A stretch of 64,000 bases of DNA from Leptolyngbyaceae cyanobacterium (GCA_965263355.1 CBDHHL010000032.1:1760001-1824000), one strand, 5' to 3'. Positions 38,116 to 48,904 are shown, numbered from the stretch's first letter. A program made the numbers and translations. Notes: generated by a model from the letters alone, not told the origin.

Positions 38116-40038
38116 GTGGCATTTCATACTATTCGTCAAACCCGAATTCCCTTGCAGTTTAGTGGTGAGCCCAAGCTGCTTAAACACATTCAAGATGTGT
38201 TGCAGATTAGCGGGGCCACCTTACTAACAGCAACCATGCTCTGTAGTGCTGTAGCCGCTGGTGGGCTCGTTGGTTTGGCAATTAGCTTTCGCAATTTGCC
38301 GGATGTGCGGGCGCTGCGGAACTATATCCCCACAGAAACCAGCTATATCTACGATATGGATGGCAATCTCCTCGATAGCTTGCACGATGAAGCCAATCGG
38401 GAGGTGGTTGATCTCAATGAAATTTCCCCCCATCTAAAACGGGCGGTGTTGGCGGTCGAAGATAGTGACTTTTATGAGCACAGCGGTATTAATCCCGTTG
38501 GTATTGGTCGGGCATTTATCGCTAACGTCCAGGCAGGTGAAACCACCCAGGGTGGGTCTACCATCACTATGCAGCTAATTAAAAACCTATTTTTAAACCC
38601 GCAGCAGGCCATTAGCCGTAAGGTGGCTGAGGTTGTTTTGTCCCTTCGCCTTGAACAGATTTTCGAGAAAGATGAAATTCTTGAAATGTACCTGAATCAG
38701 GTTTATTGGGGCCACAATACCTATGGTGTTGAAACCGCTGCTCAAAGCTATTTTAATAAGTCATCCAAAGATTTAACCCTGGCCGAATCATCCATGATGG
38801 CGGGGTTGATTAAGGCCCCTGAAGGATTGAGTCCATTTGTTGACTACCAGGCCGCTAAACGGGAACAGTCCCTCGTCCTGGCGCGGATGGAAAAGCTGCG
38901 ATGGATCACAGCCGCCGAAGCTGAGGCCGCTAAACAACAGCCCCTGCGTTTGGGTAAGGTGACATCGTTTATTTCGAGTAAAGCACCCTATGTTACCGAA
39001 GCTGTTGTCCAAGAGCTGCAGGAGCAGTTTGGTCAGGAAGCCGTTCTAAAGGGCGGTATGCGGGTCCAAACTACAATTGATTTTAAGCTGCAAAACCTGG
39101 CTAAACAGACGGTTAAATCGGCCTATATAAATCGGTTTGGGAGTGGTGCGATCGCAGATCAAATTGCTCTAGTCGCCATTGATCCAAGGACCCACTATGT
39201 AAAGGCCATTGTCGGTGGTGTGGACCATGAAAGCAGCCAGTTTAACCGAGCTGTACAGTCCCGGCGTCAGCCTGGATCCGCCTTTAAGCCCTTTGTTTAC
39301 TATTCAGCCTTTGCCTCGGGGCGATATTCTCCTGAAAGTATCGTGGGAGATACACCCGTTACCTATCCAGATGGGTCTGGTTACTATTCTCCCAAAAACT
39401 ACGGCGGCTCCTTTATGGGCAACATGCCCATCCGGCGGGCACTAGAGCTTTCACGGAATATTCCGGCTGTAAAGCTAGGACAGGCCATCGGCATCTCTCG
39501 GGTGATTGATGTAGCCCGTACCCTAGGCATTAAAAGTCCGATGGATCCAGTAATTTCTTTACCACTGGGGTCTGTGGATCTAACCCCCATGGAAATGGCT
39601 GGAGCCTACGCCACCTTTGCTAATAATGGCTGGCATTCCGACCCCACTTTAATTGCTCAGGTGACAGACAGCGACGGCAATGTATTACTAGATAATACGC
39701 CTAAACCACAGCTGGTGTTAGATCCCTGGGCGACGGCAGCATTGACCGATGTTTTACGCGGTGTCATTGAGCGGGGAACAGCCACTAATGCTCGCATTGG
39801 TCGACCGGCTGCGGGTAAGACAGGCACCACTGACTCCCAGCGAGATGTATGGTTTGTGGGCTATGTGCCTCAGCTATCGGTGGCCGTATGGGTGGGCAAT
39901 GATGATTACAGTCCCATGGGACGCAACGCGACGGGTGGAACCTATGCTGCACCAATCTGGCGTGATTATATGGTGCAGGCATTGCGAAATGACCCCGTGC
40001 AAAACTTCCGTCGTCCATCGGAGTTTATACGTCCATAA
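38116..40038 (+). CDS. class A penicillin-binding protein (PBP1A family transglycosylase/transpeptidase)
   Basis: EDSDFYEH, GGSTITMQL, RKVAE, QPGSAFKP, SRN, KTGT. Confidence 0.95.
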   Translation: MAFHTIRQTRIPLQFSGEPKLLKHIQDVLQISGATLLTATMLCSAVAAGGLVGLAISFRNLPDVRALRNYIPTETSYIYDMDGNLLDSLHDEANREVVDLNEISPHLKRAVLAVEDSDFYEHSGINPVGIGRAFIANVQAGETTQGGSTITMQLIKNLFLNPQQAISRKVAEVVLSLRLEQIFEKDEILEMYLNQVYWGHNTYGVETAAQSYFNKSSKDLTLAESSMMAGLIKAPEGLSPFVDYQAAKREQSLVLARMEKLRWITAAEAEAAKQQPLRLGKVTSFISSKAPYVTEAVVQELQEQFGQEAVLKGGMRVQTTIDFKLQNLAKQTVKSAYINRFGSGAIADQIALVAIDPRTHYVKAIVGGVDHESSQFNRAVQSRRQPGSAFKPFVYYSAFASGRYSPESIVGDTPVTYPDGSGYYSPKNYGGSFMGNMPIRRALELSRNIPAVKLGQAIGISRVIDVARTLGIKSPMDPVISLPLGSVDLTPMEMAGAYATFANNGWHSDPTLIAQVTDSDGNVLLDNTPKPQLVLDPWATAALTDVLRGVIERGTATNARIGRPAAGKTGTTDSQRDVWFVGYVPQLSVAVWVGNDDYSPMGRNATGGTYAAPIWRDYMVQALRNDPVQNFRRPSEFIRP

Positions 40039-40142
40039 ATACCCGAAAGGATACGTATCGGTAGCAACAATCCCTAGATGGTAAGTAATGCCAATTCTAC
40101 CCTTTGCAACAATCCCTGGACAGTGGGTGAGCAATGCCCACC

Positions 40143-40460
40143 TTACTCTTTGATGTCAGACTTCATGCGATCTAGGGTCATCTGCATCTGGTCAAACATT
40201 TTTTGCGGCGTCATGCCAAATTGACCAAGATGGGTTTTAAGCTGCTCCATGGTTAGCTGAGCAGTAAAATCTTCGGACAGCTCAAATCGCTTCATAAAGA
40301 CACGATATCGATCCATGATGCTCTCCATCTGTTCGATATAGAGCTTTTTGCCATCACGGTCAAATTTGCCATAGTTGCTTCCCAGCTGCATGAGTGCCTG
40401 ATAATCCTGAAAGAGTTTCGTGGCTTCTTGCTGCACGATCTCTGAATCAAAAAAGCTCAT
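40143..40460 (-). CDS. DUF1825 family protein
   Basis: MSFFDSEIVQQEA...KRFELSEDF. Confidence 0.85.
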   Translation of the reverse strand: MSFFDSEIVQQEATKLFQDYQALMQLGSNYGKFDRDGKKLYIEQMESIMDRYRVFMKRFELSEDFTAQLTMEQLKTHLGQFGMTPQKMFDQMQMTLDRMKSDIKE

Positions 40461-40612
40461 ACATGTACTCCCAGGGACTTATTTTCGTTGGCCGTTCGCT
40501 ACTAGTGGACAGTTAAGCCGACTACTCTTTTAGAGTAAAAGCTTGTTTTAATATACGCAAAGGTGAGATATCCCTACCTGGGGGCTAATCTCCCCAAAAT
40601 TTTCCTAAAGCG

Positions 40613-41605
40613 TTAGCCCCCTAGAATTTTTCTGAGCCAGGATTGTTGTTTGGGTTTTGATTTAGACGTTGGCTGCACAGCTTGACTGGTAACCTTACCC
40701 TTCTTAGCTTTAGATGCAGATTGAGCTGCTGCTTGAGACTGCGACTTTTGCTTCTCAGCCATCCGTTTTTCCAACACCTGGCTGTACTTAATGGCGACAG
40801 GATGATTGGGATTGAGTTCTAACACTCGTTTGAGATGGACACGGGCCATACCATAGGACTTTTGCATAAGATAGGCCTGTCCCAACATCGAATGAAGTTC
40901 AATGCCGTTGGGAATTATTTTCAGAGCTTCTCGCAGCTCTTGAATAGCTAGCTCATAATTACCCTGGTTCAGGTAAGTGCGCGCTCGAATGCCATACTTT
41001 TCGGCATAGTTAATAACCGGGGGGGCTGGAGCTTTTGGTTCTTCTGACTTGGTATCTTCTTCTAAAGCAGAGCTAGACTCCACAGCAACTAACCCAGTCC
41101 GTTTAGCCCGAATAGGCTTGCTGATTTTACGATGGAGAAAGGCTAGATTTAGCTGGCTAAGCCCGGATAGAACGATGGCGAACTCAACTGCTGAGTCAAA
41201 TTGCCTGGCCGTTAAATGATTGACTGTATTCTCATAAAAAACCTCAATCTCTGCCTCAGGGATACGCAAGAGCTGTTGCGCACTCTCAAAGGAAGGCTTG
41301 AGCTTGCCTTGACGTTCTAACTGCTTGACTCGAAACCGCATATTTGCCAAAACTTCAGAGCGGCTTTTCTCTTGCTTGAGTCGCTGATAGGCAGGATTAA
41401 TGACCTTCGCAATCAACGGTTCAGATGCTTGATTAATCGGGCCATCATTAGCAGCTTGAACATCGGGATGAAGGAGCTTAGCTACCTGACGATAGCGTTT
41501 AAGAATACGACGGTCTTCAGCATTGAGAGAAAGCCCCAGGGCAGCGTAGGGATCTTTTTCAGCAGCTGTGATCCATTCATCTTGAAATGACTTTGCGTTG
41601 GTCAT
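40613..41605 (-). CDS. J-domain + TPR protein
   Basis: DPYAALGL...LHPD J-domain; C-terminal TPR. Confidence 0.85.
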   Translation of the reverse strand: MTNAKSFQDEWITAAEKDPYAALGLSLNAEDRRILKRYRQVAKLLHPDVQAANDGPINQASEPLIAKVINPAYQRLKQEKSRSEVLANMRFRVKQLERQGKLKPSFESAQQLLRIPEAEIEVFYENTVNHLTARQFDSAVEFAIVLSGLSQLNLAFLHRKISKPIRAKRTGLVAVESSSALEEDTKSEEPKAPAPPVINYAEKYGIRARTYLNQGNYELAIQELREALKIIPNGIELHSMLGQAYLMQKSYGMARVHLKRVLELNPNHPVAIKYSQVLEKRMAEKQKSQSQAAAQSASKAKKGKVTSQAVQPTSKSKPKQQSWLRKILGG

Positions 41606-41890
41606 GCAATGGCAGGCTCAGAATTGGCTCACGTACAATTCATAAACAGGATGAGGTGGCTAAATTCCGGCGATTATCAACATAAATTTGTTCATTAGAT
41701 AAAAAAGCACACCTGATACCTAAAATATGCGATGTCTAATTTCTAACCTTAGCTCTCACTCTCAAGAGAGGGGACATAGATTAACTTTACAAAAAGCATA
41801 TTAACTATGCTATCCAGAAAAGCCTACCTACCCAAGGTATAGTTGACTTTCTCAAGTCTAAAGCCTAGATATCTTTAAAGGCTGAGAATA

Positions 41891-41965
41891 CTAAGCTTTG
41901 TCTGCGTCCAGAGCTGGAATTTTTCCGTAGAAGAACCTACAGGTTTCAACTCGGACGTAGTTTAG
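41891..41965 (+). repeat. ~75-bp dispersed element (family B)
   Basis: CTAAGCTTTGTCTGCGTCCAG...TTTTTCCGTAGAAGAACCTACAGGTTTCAACTCGGACGTAGTTTAG; matches 56140-56216, 56227-56279 and 60242-60316. Confidence 0.75.
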
Positions 41966-42089
41966 ATACATCATGTTATGTAGATACATATCAAATTCTA
42001 GCTGCTTCCTTACAGAACGGGACATTGGCTATCTTGCGGATTAATTGGGTTAATATGACATATCTCAAAATACGTTTCTAGGACTGCTT

Positions 42090-42497
42090 ATGGATGATAG
42101 GCAGAGAGAGCATCAAAAAAGCAAAAAAATTACAGTTTTTTTGACACTTTTAGGGGCACTACAGCCAACTCCAGTCCCTGTGGCCGGAATACACAAGTTT
42201 TATTTAGGTCAATACGGTTGGGGAGTTATTTATATGCTTCTAGGTGTTACCCAAGTGCCTCGTATTGCCTGCGCAGCTGAAGGTATATGGTATTTGGCTG
42301 AGCCAATGCTAAAGGGGGGGTGGTCAATGCTGTGGTCAATATTGGAACCATCCCCCCCAGTTGCCCCTATCCTTAATCAAACGGTGGAAACGGTAGCTAA
42401 TAGTCTGCGCGAAATTGAGCATTTGCGACAGGAAGGTCTCCTTTCAGAACATGAATTTGAGCAAAAACGACGCAGTTTGCTAAAACAAATCCCGTAA
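42090..42497 (+). CDS. NINE/TM2 domain protein with C-terminal SHOCT-like motif
   Basis: GIHKFYLGQ; LRQEGLLSEHEFEQKRRSLL. Confidence 0.85.
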   Translation: MDDRQREHQKSKKITVFLTLLGALQPTPVPVAGIHKFYLGQYGWGVIYMLLGVTQVPRIACAAEGIWYLAEPMLKGGWSMLWSILEPSPPVAPILNQTVETVANSLREIEHLRQEGLLSEHEFEQKRRSLLKQIP

Positions 42498-43117
42498 TGA
42501 AATTATCCTTAAACAAACTTGACCTAGCAATGGCCAAAGGGCAAAGCAGGTCTCAAACATGGCGGCGATTGATCGTCAAACAGGCCTTACGAGGCTTGGA
42601 TGCCCTTGAAAGTAGATTAAACCCTCTGCGCAATAAGCTAGCACAGGATAGCTATTATCGATTTCGGTCAATTGATGAGGTCAGATTGGGCATCAAATTG
42701 GGCGTTCACATTGACGCTAATCGCGCAACGGTAGACGATTGGTTAAGATTGCCGGGTATTTCTATCCATCAGGCAAGGGCTCTAGTTGAGCTGAGTCGTT
42801 CAGGCACGTCCCTGACTTGTTGGGAGGATGTAGCAGCTGTTACTGGCATTGGACTTCCCAGCTTGCAGGCACTGGGTAACATTGTGCAATTTTATTATTA
42901 CGACCCGGATAGTGACCTTACGCCCAAACAGCTAAATGTGAACCAAGCCAATGTTAGGGAATTGGCAACAATTCCTATGATTGAACCAGCCTTAGCTGAA
43001 CGGTTGGTTTACTATCGTCAGCGATTTGGTCCCTACAAAGATTGGCTAGACCTAAAGCATCGGCTACAGCTGCCGCCCCAGGTGATCACAGCTTTATTAC
43101 ACTACCTACGATTTTGA
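42497..43117 (+). CDS. ComEA family helix-hairpin-helix DNA-binding protein
   Basis: IDANRATVDDWLRLPGIS and LNVNQAN...LATIPMI HhH motifs. Confidence 0.85.
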   Translation: MKLSLNKLDLAMAKGQSRSQTWRRLIVKQALRGLDALESRLNPLRNKLAQDSYYRFRSIDEVRLGIKLGVHIDANRATVDDWLRLPGISIHQARALVELSRSGTSLTCWEDVAAVTGIGLPSLQALGNIVQFYYYDPDSDLTPKQLNVNQANVRELATIPMIEPALAERLVYYRQRFGPYKDWLDLKHRLQLPPQVITALLHYLRF

Positions 43118-43330
43118 AGGGCAGGAGGAGGCTTAGCCTACCGATAGTAAACAGATGCATGTTTTCCATTCGCAATTTCCCAAAGTGACAGCTATATCAA
43201 CTTTTAGTGATGACACTCACACCAATCTTGTCAAAGGCGACGTTTACTTAAGGTATCTGCAAATTCTATAGGAATGTCCTGAGTCTATCCGTGGAATTGA
43301 GTAGATTGAGAGAAGTACAGAGTCGAGACC

Positions 43331-43591
43331 ATGCAGGGACTAAGAAAGGTCAGTGAGACTATTTATCGAGGCATCACAGCTATTGCCATGACTGCTGCCC
43401 TCGCTACTATCTACGCTGCGACAGCGACAGATGGCCAGGTGACTAGTGGTGATGTCTTAATAAAACAGATACAGGTTGTTTTAAGGCTTCATCAAACTGA
43501 TGGGGAAATTACCCAGGGCATTCAAGACTCTCAGGAGAGTTTAGCAACGCTTTTACTGAGTTCCCAGGGCAATGAGTACAGCCATCAGTGA
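43331..43591 (+). CDS. hypothetical protein
   Basis: 86-aa ORF with an N-terminal hydrophobic segment; no recognisable motif. Confidence 0.4.
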   Translation: MQGLRKVSETIYRGITAIAMTAALATIYAATATDGQVTSGDVLIKQIQVVLRLHQTDGEITQGIQDSQESLATLLLSSQGNEYSHQ

Positions 43592-43677
43592 ACAATTTTG
43601 GTTAATATTTGTTGCAGTTGATTTGTCTTACGTTAGACTTAAGCATTTTCCATAACTGTGTCCCGTAAGATAGAGAC

Positions 43678-44973
43678 ATGGCTAACTCTCTACTTACTGA
43701 TGCCAGCCGTCGCCTTGATCGTGCGCTTAAGTACGTCACTATTTCTGACGATGCGGCAGAGCGTCTAAAGGCACCGAAGGCAAGTTTAAAGGTCTCCATT
43801 CCTGTGCGGATGGATGATGGTTCCCTCAGGGTTTTTGAAGGGTACCGGGTTCATTTTGATGATACTCGTGGCCCCACTAAGGGGGGCATTCGCTTTCATC
43901 CCCAGGTGAGTTTAGATGAGGTGCAGTCCTTAGCATTTTGGATGACGTTTAAGTGCGCGGCGCTAAATATACCATTTGGTGGCGCAAAGGGAGGGGTGAC
44001 GCTAAACCCCAAAGAACTCTCTAAGGCAGAATTGGAGCGTTTAAGTCGTGGGTATATTGATGCGATCGCAAATTTTATTGGCCCCGACACCGATATTCCA
44101 GCCCCTGACGTTTATACCAACCCTATGATTATGGGCTGGATGATGGACCAGTACAGTATCATCCGTCAGCAGCGCAGCCCAGCGGTAATTACCGGTAAAC
44201 CCGTGGCCTTAGGCGGTAGCTTAGGCCGATCCACCGCCACAGGTACCGGGGCATTTTATGTGCTTGAAGCCATTATGGCCCAGTTGTCAGAGACCCAAAA
44301 ATCAACCCCAAAAACGGTGGCAATTCAAGGGTTTGGCAATGCTGGTGCAGTCGTTGCCCGTCATCTCTTTGATGCCGGGTACACCATTGTTGCTGTCAGC
44401 GATTCTCGCGGCGGTATTTATACCCCTAACGGGTTAGATATTCCCAGTGTTCAGAAATTTAAGGCCGACACCCGTTCTGTCAAAGCCGTTTACTGTGACG
44501 ATAGTGTCTGCAGCCTGGTCGACCATAAGGTGATTACAAATGAAGAACTGCTCAGTCTGGATGTGGATATCCTGATCCCGGCCGCCTTGGAAAATCAGAT
44601 TACCGCTGACAATGCCAATAGTATTAAGGCTCGCTACATTTTTGAAGTCGCCAATGGGCCGATCAGTGCTGATGCCGACGACATTTTAGACGCCAATGGT
44701 ATTACGGTATTTCCCGACATTTTAGTCAATGCGGGTGGGGTAACGGTGAGCTACTTTGAATGGGTGCAAAACCGCAGCGGGCTTTATTGGTCCCTTGAAG
44801 AAGTGAATCAGCGGCTGAAGCAACAAATCGTCACCGCTGCTAATACAATTTGGCAACTTGCCCAAACCCATCAAACATCCGTGCGGACTGCTGCCTATAT
44901 CCATGCCCTAAGGAGCCTGGGCGAGGCGATGGATGCGCGGGGTACCAGGGCAGATTACGTCGAAAAAAAATAG
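43678..44973 (+). CDS. gdhA: Glu/Leu/Phe/Val dehydrogenase (glutamate dehydrogenase)
   Basis: GPTKGGIRFHP, FGGAKGG, DIPAPDVYT, QGFGNAG, NAGGVTVSYFEWVQN. Confidence 0.93.
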   Translation: MANSLLTDASRRLDRALKYVTISDDAAERLKAPKASLKVSIPVRMDDGSLRVFEGYRVHFDDTRGPTKGGIRFHPQVSLDEVQSLAFWMTFKCAALNIPFGGAKGGVTLNPKELSKAELERLSRGYIDAIANFIGPDTDIPAPDVYTNPMIMGWMMDQYSIIRQQRSPAVITGKPVALGGSLGRSTATGTGAFYVLEAIMAQLSETQKSTPKTVAIQGFGNAGAVVARHLFDAGYTIVAVSDSRGGIYTPNGLDIPSVQKFKADTRSVKAVYCDDSVCSLVDHKVITNEELLSLDVDILIPAALENQITADNANSIKARYIFEVANGPISADADDILDANGITVFPDILVNAGGVTVSYFEWVQNRSGLYWSLEEVNQRLKQQIVTAANTIWQLAQTHQTSVRTAAYIHALRSLGEAMDARGTRADYVEKK

Positions 44974-44997
44974 ATAATTCATATAGGCGTATCCCAG

Positions 44998-45029
44998 AGG
45001 TAGGGGCGTTCCATGGAACGCCCCTACCT
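44998..45029. repeat. GTAG-type REP perfect palindrome
   Basis: AGGTAGGGGCGTTCCA-TGGAACGCCCCTACCT. Confidence 0.8.
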
Positions 45030-45091
45030 GAACCTCCCTACATTTATGAATGCGAAGGGGTAGAATTGCAAAGCACATTATTGGGCTTGTA

Positions 45092-45649
45092 ATGACCGCT
45101 GAAAAATCCTCTGTTGGAGCCTCGCTGAAAAATTTGGTTCAATCCAATGCCAAACTGGTGGCCATCGCCGTGGTCATTGCTGTGGTCATTCGGCTATTTA
45201 TTGCAGAGCCTCGATTTATTCCATCAAATTCGATGGATCCCACCTTACACATCGGTGATCGATTACTGATTGAAAAACTGTCCTATCGCTTCCATCCTCC
45301 TCACCATGGCGATATTGTGGTGTTCGAGCCTCCCCCACAACTGCAAGCGATTGGCTATCGTCCGGAGCAAGCCTTTATTAAACGAGTTATTGGGTTACCT
45401 GGAGACACTTTAACCGTCCATGACGGTCAGGTATATCGGAATAACCACCCCCTTACCGAGCCCTATATTTTGACCTCGCCTCGCTATGAAATGAATGTGG
45501 TAACGGTGCCTGAGAACACTCTATTTGTCATGGGTGACAATCGAAACGATAGTAACGACAGCCATATCTGGGGTTTTTTGCCGATGAAAAATGTCATTGG
45601 CCATGCAACTGTAAGGTTTTGGCCCCCGGATGACTTGGGTATGGTTTGA
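45092..45649 (+). CDS. lepB: signal peptidase I
   Basis: IPSNSMDPTL, FIKRVIGLPGD, MGDNRNDSNDSH; start MTAEK preferred. Confidence 0.95.
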   Translation: MTAEKSSVGASLKNLVQSNAKLVAIAVVIAVVIRLFIAEPRFIPSNSMDPTLHIGDRLLIEKLSYRFHPPHHGDIVVFEPPPQLQAIGYRPEQAFIKRVIGLPGDTLTVHDGQVYRNNHPLTEPYILTSPRYEMNVVTVPENTLFVMGDNRNDSNDSHIWGFLPMKNVIGHATVRFWPPDDLGMV

Positions 45650-45781
45650 AGAACTAATTAATTGATAACCTTATTTATTTTTAACGGCGGAATACCGAAC
45701 CTCTTTACCTTAAAAGCTTTGCTAGTCTAATCAAAGAGGATATTGTGACAGGATTTTGCGATCGCAACGAGGAGCTTGGCT

Positions 45782-46765
45782 ATGGCAGCAACTGACTTCA
45801 AAGATTATTACCAAATTCTCGGGGTCAGCAAATCCGCCAGTACGGACGAAATTAAACGCGCCTTTCGCAAGCTTGCTCGCAAATACCATCCCGATGTCAA
45901 CCCTGGCGATCAGGTCGCTGAAGCCAAGTTTAAGGAAATCAACGAAGCCAACGAGATCTTATCGGACCCCGAAAAGCGGCGTAAATATGATCAGTTTGGT
46001 CGTTATTGGCAACAGGGTGGTCAGGCGGGTGCTGGCGCTGCTCCTGGAGACTTTGGTGGCTTTGACTTTAGCAACTATGGCAGTTTTAATGAGTTACTCA
46101 ACGAGCTGCTTGGCGGTTTAGGCGGCGGGTTTCCTGGGGGCGCTAGAACCAGCTATCGTCAGCCCGCCGGAGGGGGTGCCCCTGGTGGATTTGGGTTTGA
46201 AACGCCGGGAGCTGCCAACAGCGCCCAGTTTGATCAAGAAGCCAGTATCACCCTGTCCATGGCTGATGCCTTTAGGGGCACTCAAAAGAAATTTCGCATT
46301 GGTGGCGATGCCCTAACGGTCAAAATTCCGGCCGGGGTTAAACCTGGCAGCAAAATCCGCTTGCGGGGAAGGGGGCAGATGAATCCCTACACCCAGCAGC
46401 GTGGCGATATTTACTTAACGGTGGATATCCAGGCCCATCCGTTTTTCCAGTTTGATGGCGACAATAATTTGGTGTGCGAGGTATTGATTTCTCCTGACGA
46501 GGCCGTCTTGGGAGCCAAGATCGATGTGCCCACACCCGATGGCAATGTTACGGTTAACATCCCAGCAGGAATTCGCTCAGGTCAAACCCTACGGTTACGG
46601 GGTAAAGGCTGGCCTAAGCCCAAAGGTGAGCACACCGATCAGTTGGTTAAGGTAATGATCAAAGCACCTAAAACAGTGACTGACAAAGAACGGGCTTTAT
46701 ATGAACAGCTACGGGACATGCGCAGTTATAACCCCCGTCAAAACCTACAAAATGTCCGGCTGTAG
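45782..46765 (+). CDS. DnaJ-class (type II / CbpA-like) co-chaperone
   Basis: DYYQILGV...YHPDVN, G/F-rich region, DnaJ C-terminal domain, no Zn finger. Confidence 0.93.
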   Translation: MAATDFKDYYQILGVSKSASTDEIKRAFRKLARKYHPDVNPGDQVAEAKFKEINEANEILSDPEKRRKYDQFGRYWQQGGQAGAGAAPGDFGGFDFSNYGSFNELLNELLGGLGGGFPGGARTSYRQPAGGGAPGGFGFETPGAANSAQFDQEASITLSMADAFRGTQKKFRIGGDALTVKIPAGVKPGSKIRLRGRGQMNPYTQQRGDIYLTVDIQAHPFFQFDGDNNLVCEVLISPDEAVLGAKIDVPTPDGNVTVNIPAGIRSGQTLRLRGKGWPKPKGEHTDQLVKVMIKAPKTVTDKERALYEQLRDMRSYNPRQNLQNVRL

Positions 46766-46833
46766 ACGCGTCGCAACGCACCTAATCAGTAAAGAAGCTA
46801 ATATAGTTAGAACATCCATACCAGTTTCTCCCT

Positions 46834-46995
46834 ATGGTGTTCCAGCTACGGGATAAATATATCGACCCGTTTATAGATAAAGGCAGAAATGAGGAAAAGC
46901 GACAGATTGCGCAACAAATGAAAATAGCAGGGATAGACGTTCAGAAAATTGCTCAGTTTACTGGACTGACGAATACTGAGATTGAAGGACTCTAG
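46834..46995 (+). CDS. 53-aa internally deleted Rpn (PD-(D/E)XK 'transposase_31'-type) protein: N-terminal start fused to the C-terminal HTH
   Basis: My translation (not in the ORF track): MVFQLRDKYIDPF-IDKGRNEEKRQIAQQMKIAGIDVQKIAQFTGLTNTEIEGL*. Confidence 0.65.
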   Translation: MVFQLRDKYIDPFIDKGRNEEKRQIAQQMKIAGIDVQKIAQFTGLTNTEIEGL

Positions 46996-47500
46996 TGTTC
47001 TGTTCTTTTCCTTTGCTAAGTCGACGAAATATAAAAATGTAGGGTGGGCGGGCGAAGTATCTTATATCTCTAAATATTAACACCGCTTTCTTGAATAAGA
47101 GTAAAGTCTGCTACAACAGGCATAATTCTCTCCTTTATTAGATGATTGTTTTGTAAGGTTCCTTGGGTTTAGTTGGCTGACGACTCCCAAAGAATCGGTA
47201 TAGATTATTTGTAGCAAGATCGAAGCTACATCAACCTTACCCCTAGGGGTACTCTTTGGCCTGCCTTAAAATCTTGGTCTATGTCTCATCAAAAAAAATG
47301 CCGCATAACGTGGAGGTGTGCGACCGAAGACTTTCTTCATGCACTTTGTCTCTAACTTCCTGTTTTTCTTCACGAGCTTCCATATAGCAACTTTTTCATT
47401 GCGCAGTTAATGAAAGTTTCGCCCCGACGAATCACCTAATTCTGTGGGTCATCTATTGTAGGGCATAGCAAACACCTAGCCATGGTTATTTGGGTTCATT

Positions 47501-48904
47501 TCACTCATTCTCTGTAGAAATGTCTGAGCGATTGGCCAGGTCCGTCACATAGCGTTCACCGTTATACCGAAGTGTAGGTTCTACTTCGCTCGTTCTACTT
47601 TCCTTATTAGTAGTCACGTCTATCTCAGTCAGACCAGCGTCGGTAATTTCTGACTCACTGAGGTTTATCGCTTGGTCCGATTGAACTGCCTGTTCCTTAG
47701 TCTCAAGCAGCTGTTCCAGTTCCGTCGCCATCTGAATTTGCTGATTAAGTTGCTCAGCGATGGCGGTTTGGTCTTCTAAATCACCCGTAAACGACACCAA
47801 ATTAGTCAGGCTATTAAGTAACTCCCTGACATCGCTGCGCAGTTCAGGGTCCCCCGTTAAAGTATCCACATCCGCCATAATTTTTTGTGCACTTTGAAAT
47901 ACATCGCGGGCGGACTCAAGGGTCTGCTGCAATAAAACTAAATTTTCGTCAGTATTAAAGCTGGAGGTAATACCCTGTAGATCTTGGGCTGCTAATGATG
48001 CGTTACTAGCCAGCAGTTCTAAATTAGTCAGGAAGGTGCCTTCGTGAATTACTGGCGCTAATGTATCCATCGCCAGCCGCAGCTGCCCCGTGCTAGCACT
48101 AATATTATCTAGGGTGACCGCCAGATTGCCCTGATTAGTGGTCAAAATACCGTTCACCTGGGCCAATGTAACCTCTAGTTGCTCAGATGTACGTACGGTA
48201 GTCGCTTCTAACTGAGTAGCCGCTCCGGATACAGAGTCCAAGGTCTGGCGGGCCGATGCCGACAATGGCTTAATCTCAGTACGGATATCCTTGGCCATCA
48301 TGGTAACTTCATCGGTCAAGTCCACCACATTACTCAGAATTTCCTGCGTGTTGTCGAGTAAATCCCCAAGATTATCAAGGGTTTCAGGATCATCAAGGGT
48401 ATTTGAAAGGGCCTCGGAAATTCGTTGGGAGGATTCTAGAAGATCCTCGTAGTTAACACCCACTACGCCATCAATGCGATCGCCATTACACAAAATAGTA
48501 CTGCTGTCACAATTTCTTGCTGTGGGTCCAGGGATAGAGTCTTCAGACAGGATCGCATCAGTCGGCGGTTGGATCGATATGGTTGTCTCACCAATCAGTC
48601 CAGACTGACTCGTCTTAACTACAGACTCTTTAGGAATGAGTAAATCCCCTTTATCGATTTCAATTTCTACTAAAACCGTATTGGAAGCGGGTGAAATGTT
48701 CGTAATACGTCCTACCGGTACACCTCGATAGCTGACAGAAGATCCTTCTAAAATGCCACTAGCACTTTCAAAGTCTGCGAAAAAACGGTAGCTCCGTTGG
48801 CCAAAGGTAATGCCACGTAGCCACATGACTAAACCTCCAAATAGGGCCAAGCCCGCCAAAATCAGTAATCCAACAGAGCCTTCACGAATGGTTCTTGCAC
48901 GCAT
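47501..48904 (-). CDS. mlaD: MlaD/MCE family lipid-transport substrate-binding protein (Ycf22/TGD2-like)
   Basis: REGSVGL N-terminus, VSYRGVPVG, SGLIGE, long helical C-terminus. Confidence 0.9.
   Translation of the reverse strand: MRARTIREGSVGLLILAGLALFGGLVMWLRGITFGQRSYRFFADFESASGILEGSSVSYRGVPVGRITNISPASNTVLVEIEIDKGDLLIPKESVVKTSQSGLIGETTISIQPPTDAILSEDSIPGPTARNCDSSTILCNGDRIDGVVGVNYEDLLESSQRISEALSNTLDDPETLDNLGDLLDNTQEILSNVVDLTDEVTMMAKDIRTEIKPLSASARQTLDSVSGAATQLEATTVRTSEQLEVTLAQVNGILTTNQGNLAVTLDNISASTGQLRLAMDTLAPVIHEGTFLTNLELLASNASLAAQDLQGITSSFNTDENLVLLQQTLESARDVFQSAQKIMADVDTLTGDPELRSDVRELLNSLTNLVSFTGDLEDQTAIAEQLNQQIQMATELEQLLETKEQAVQSDQAINLSESEITDAGLTEIDVTTNKESRTSEVEPTLRYNGERYVTDLANRSDISTENE

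Noticed and set aside
43592..43677. NtcA site upstream of gdhA
   Set aside because: No GTA-N8-TAC found by eye.
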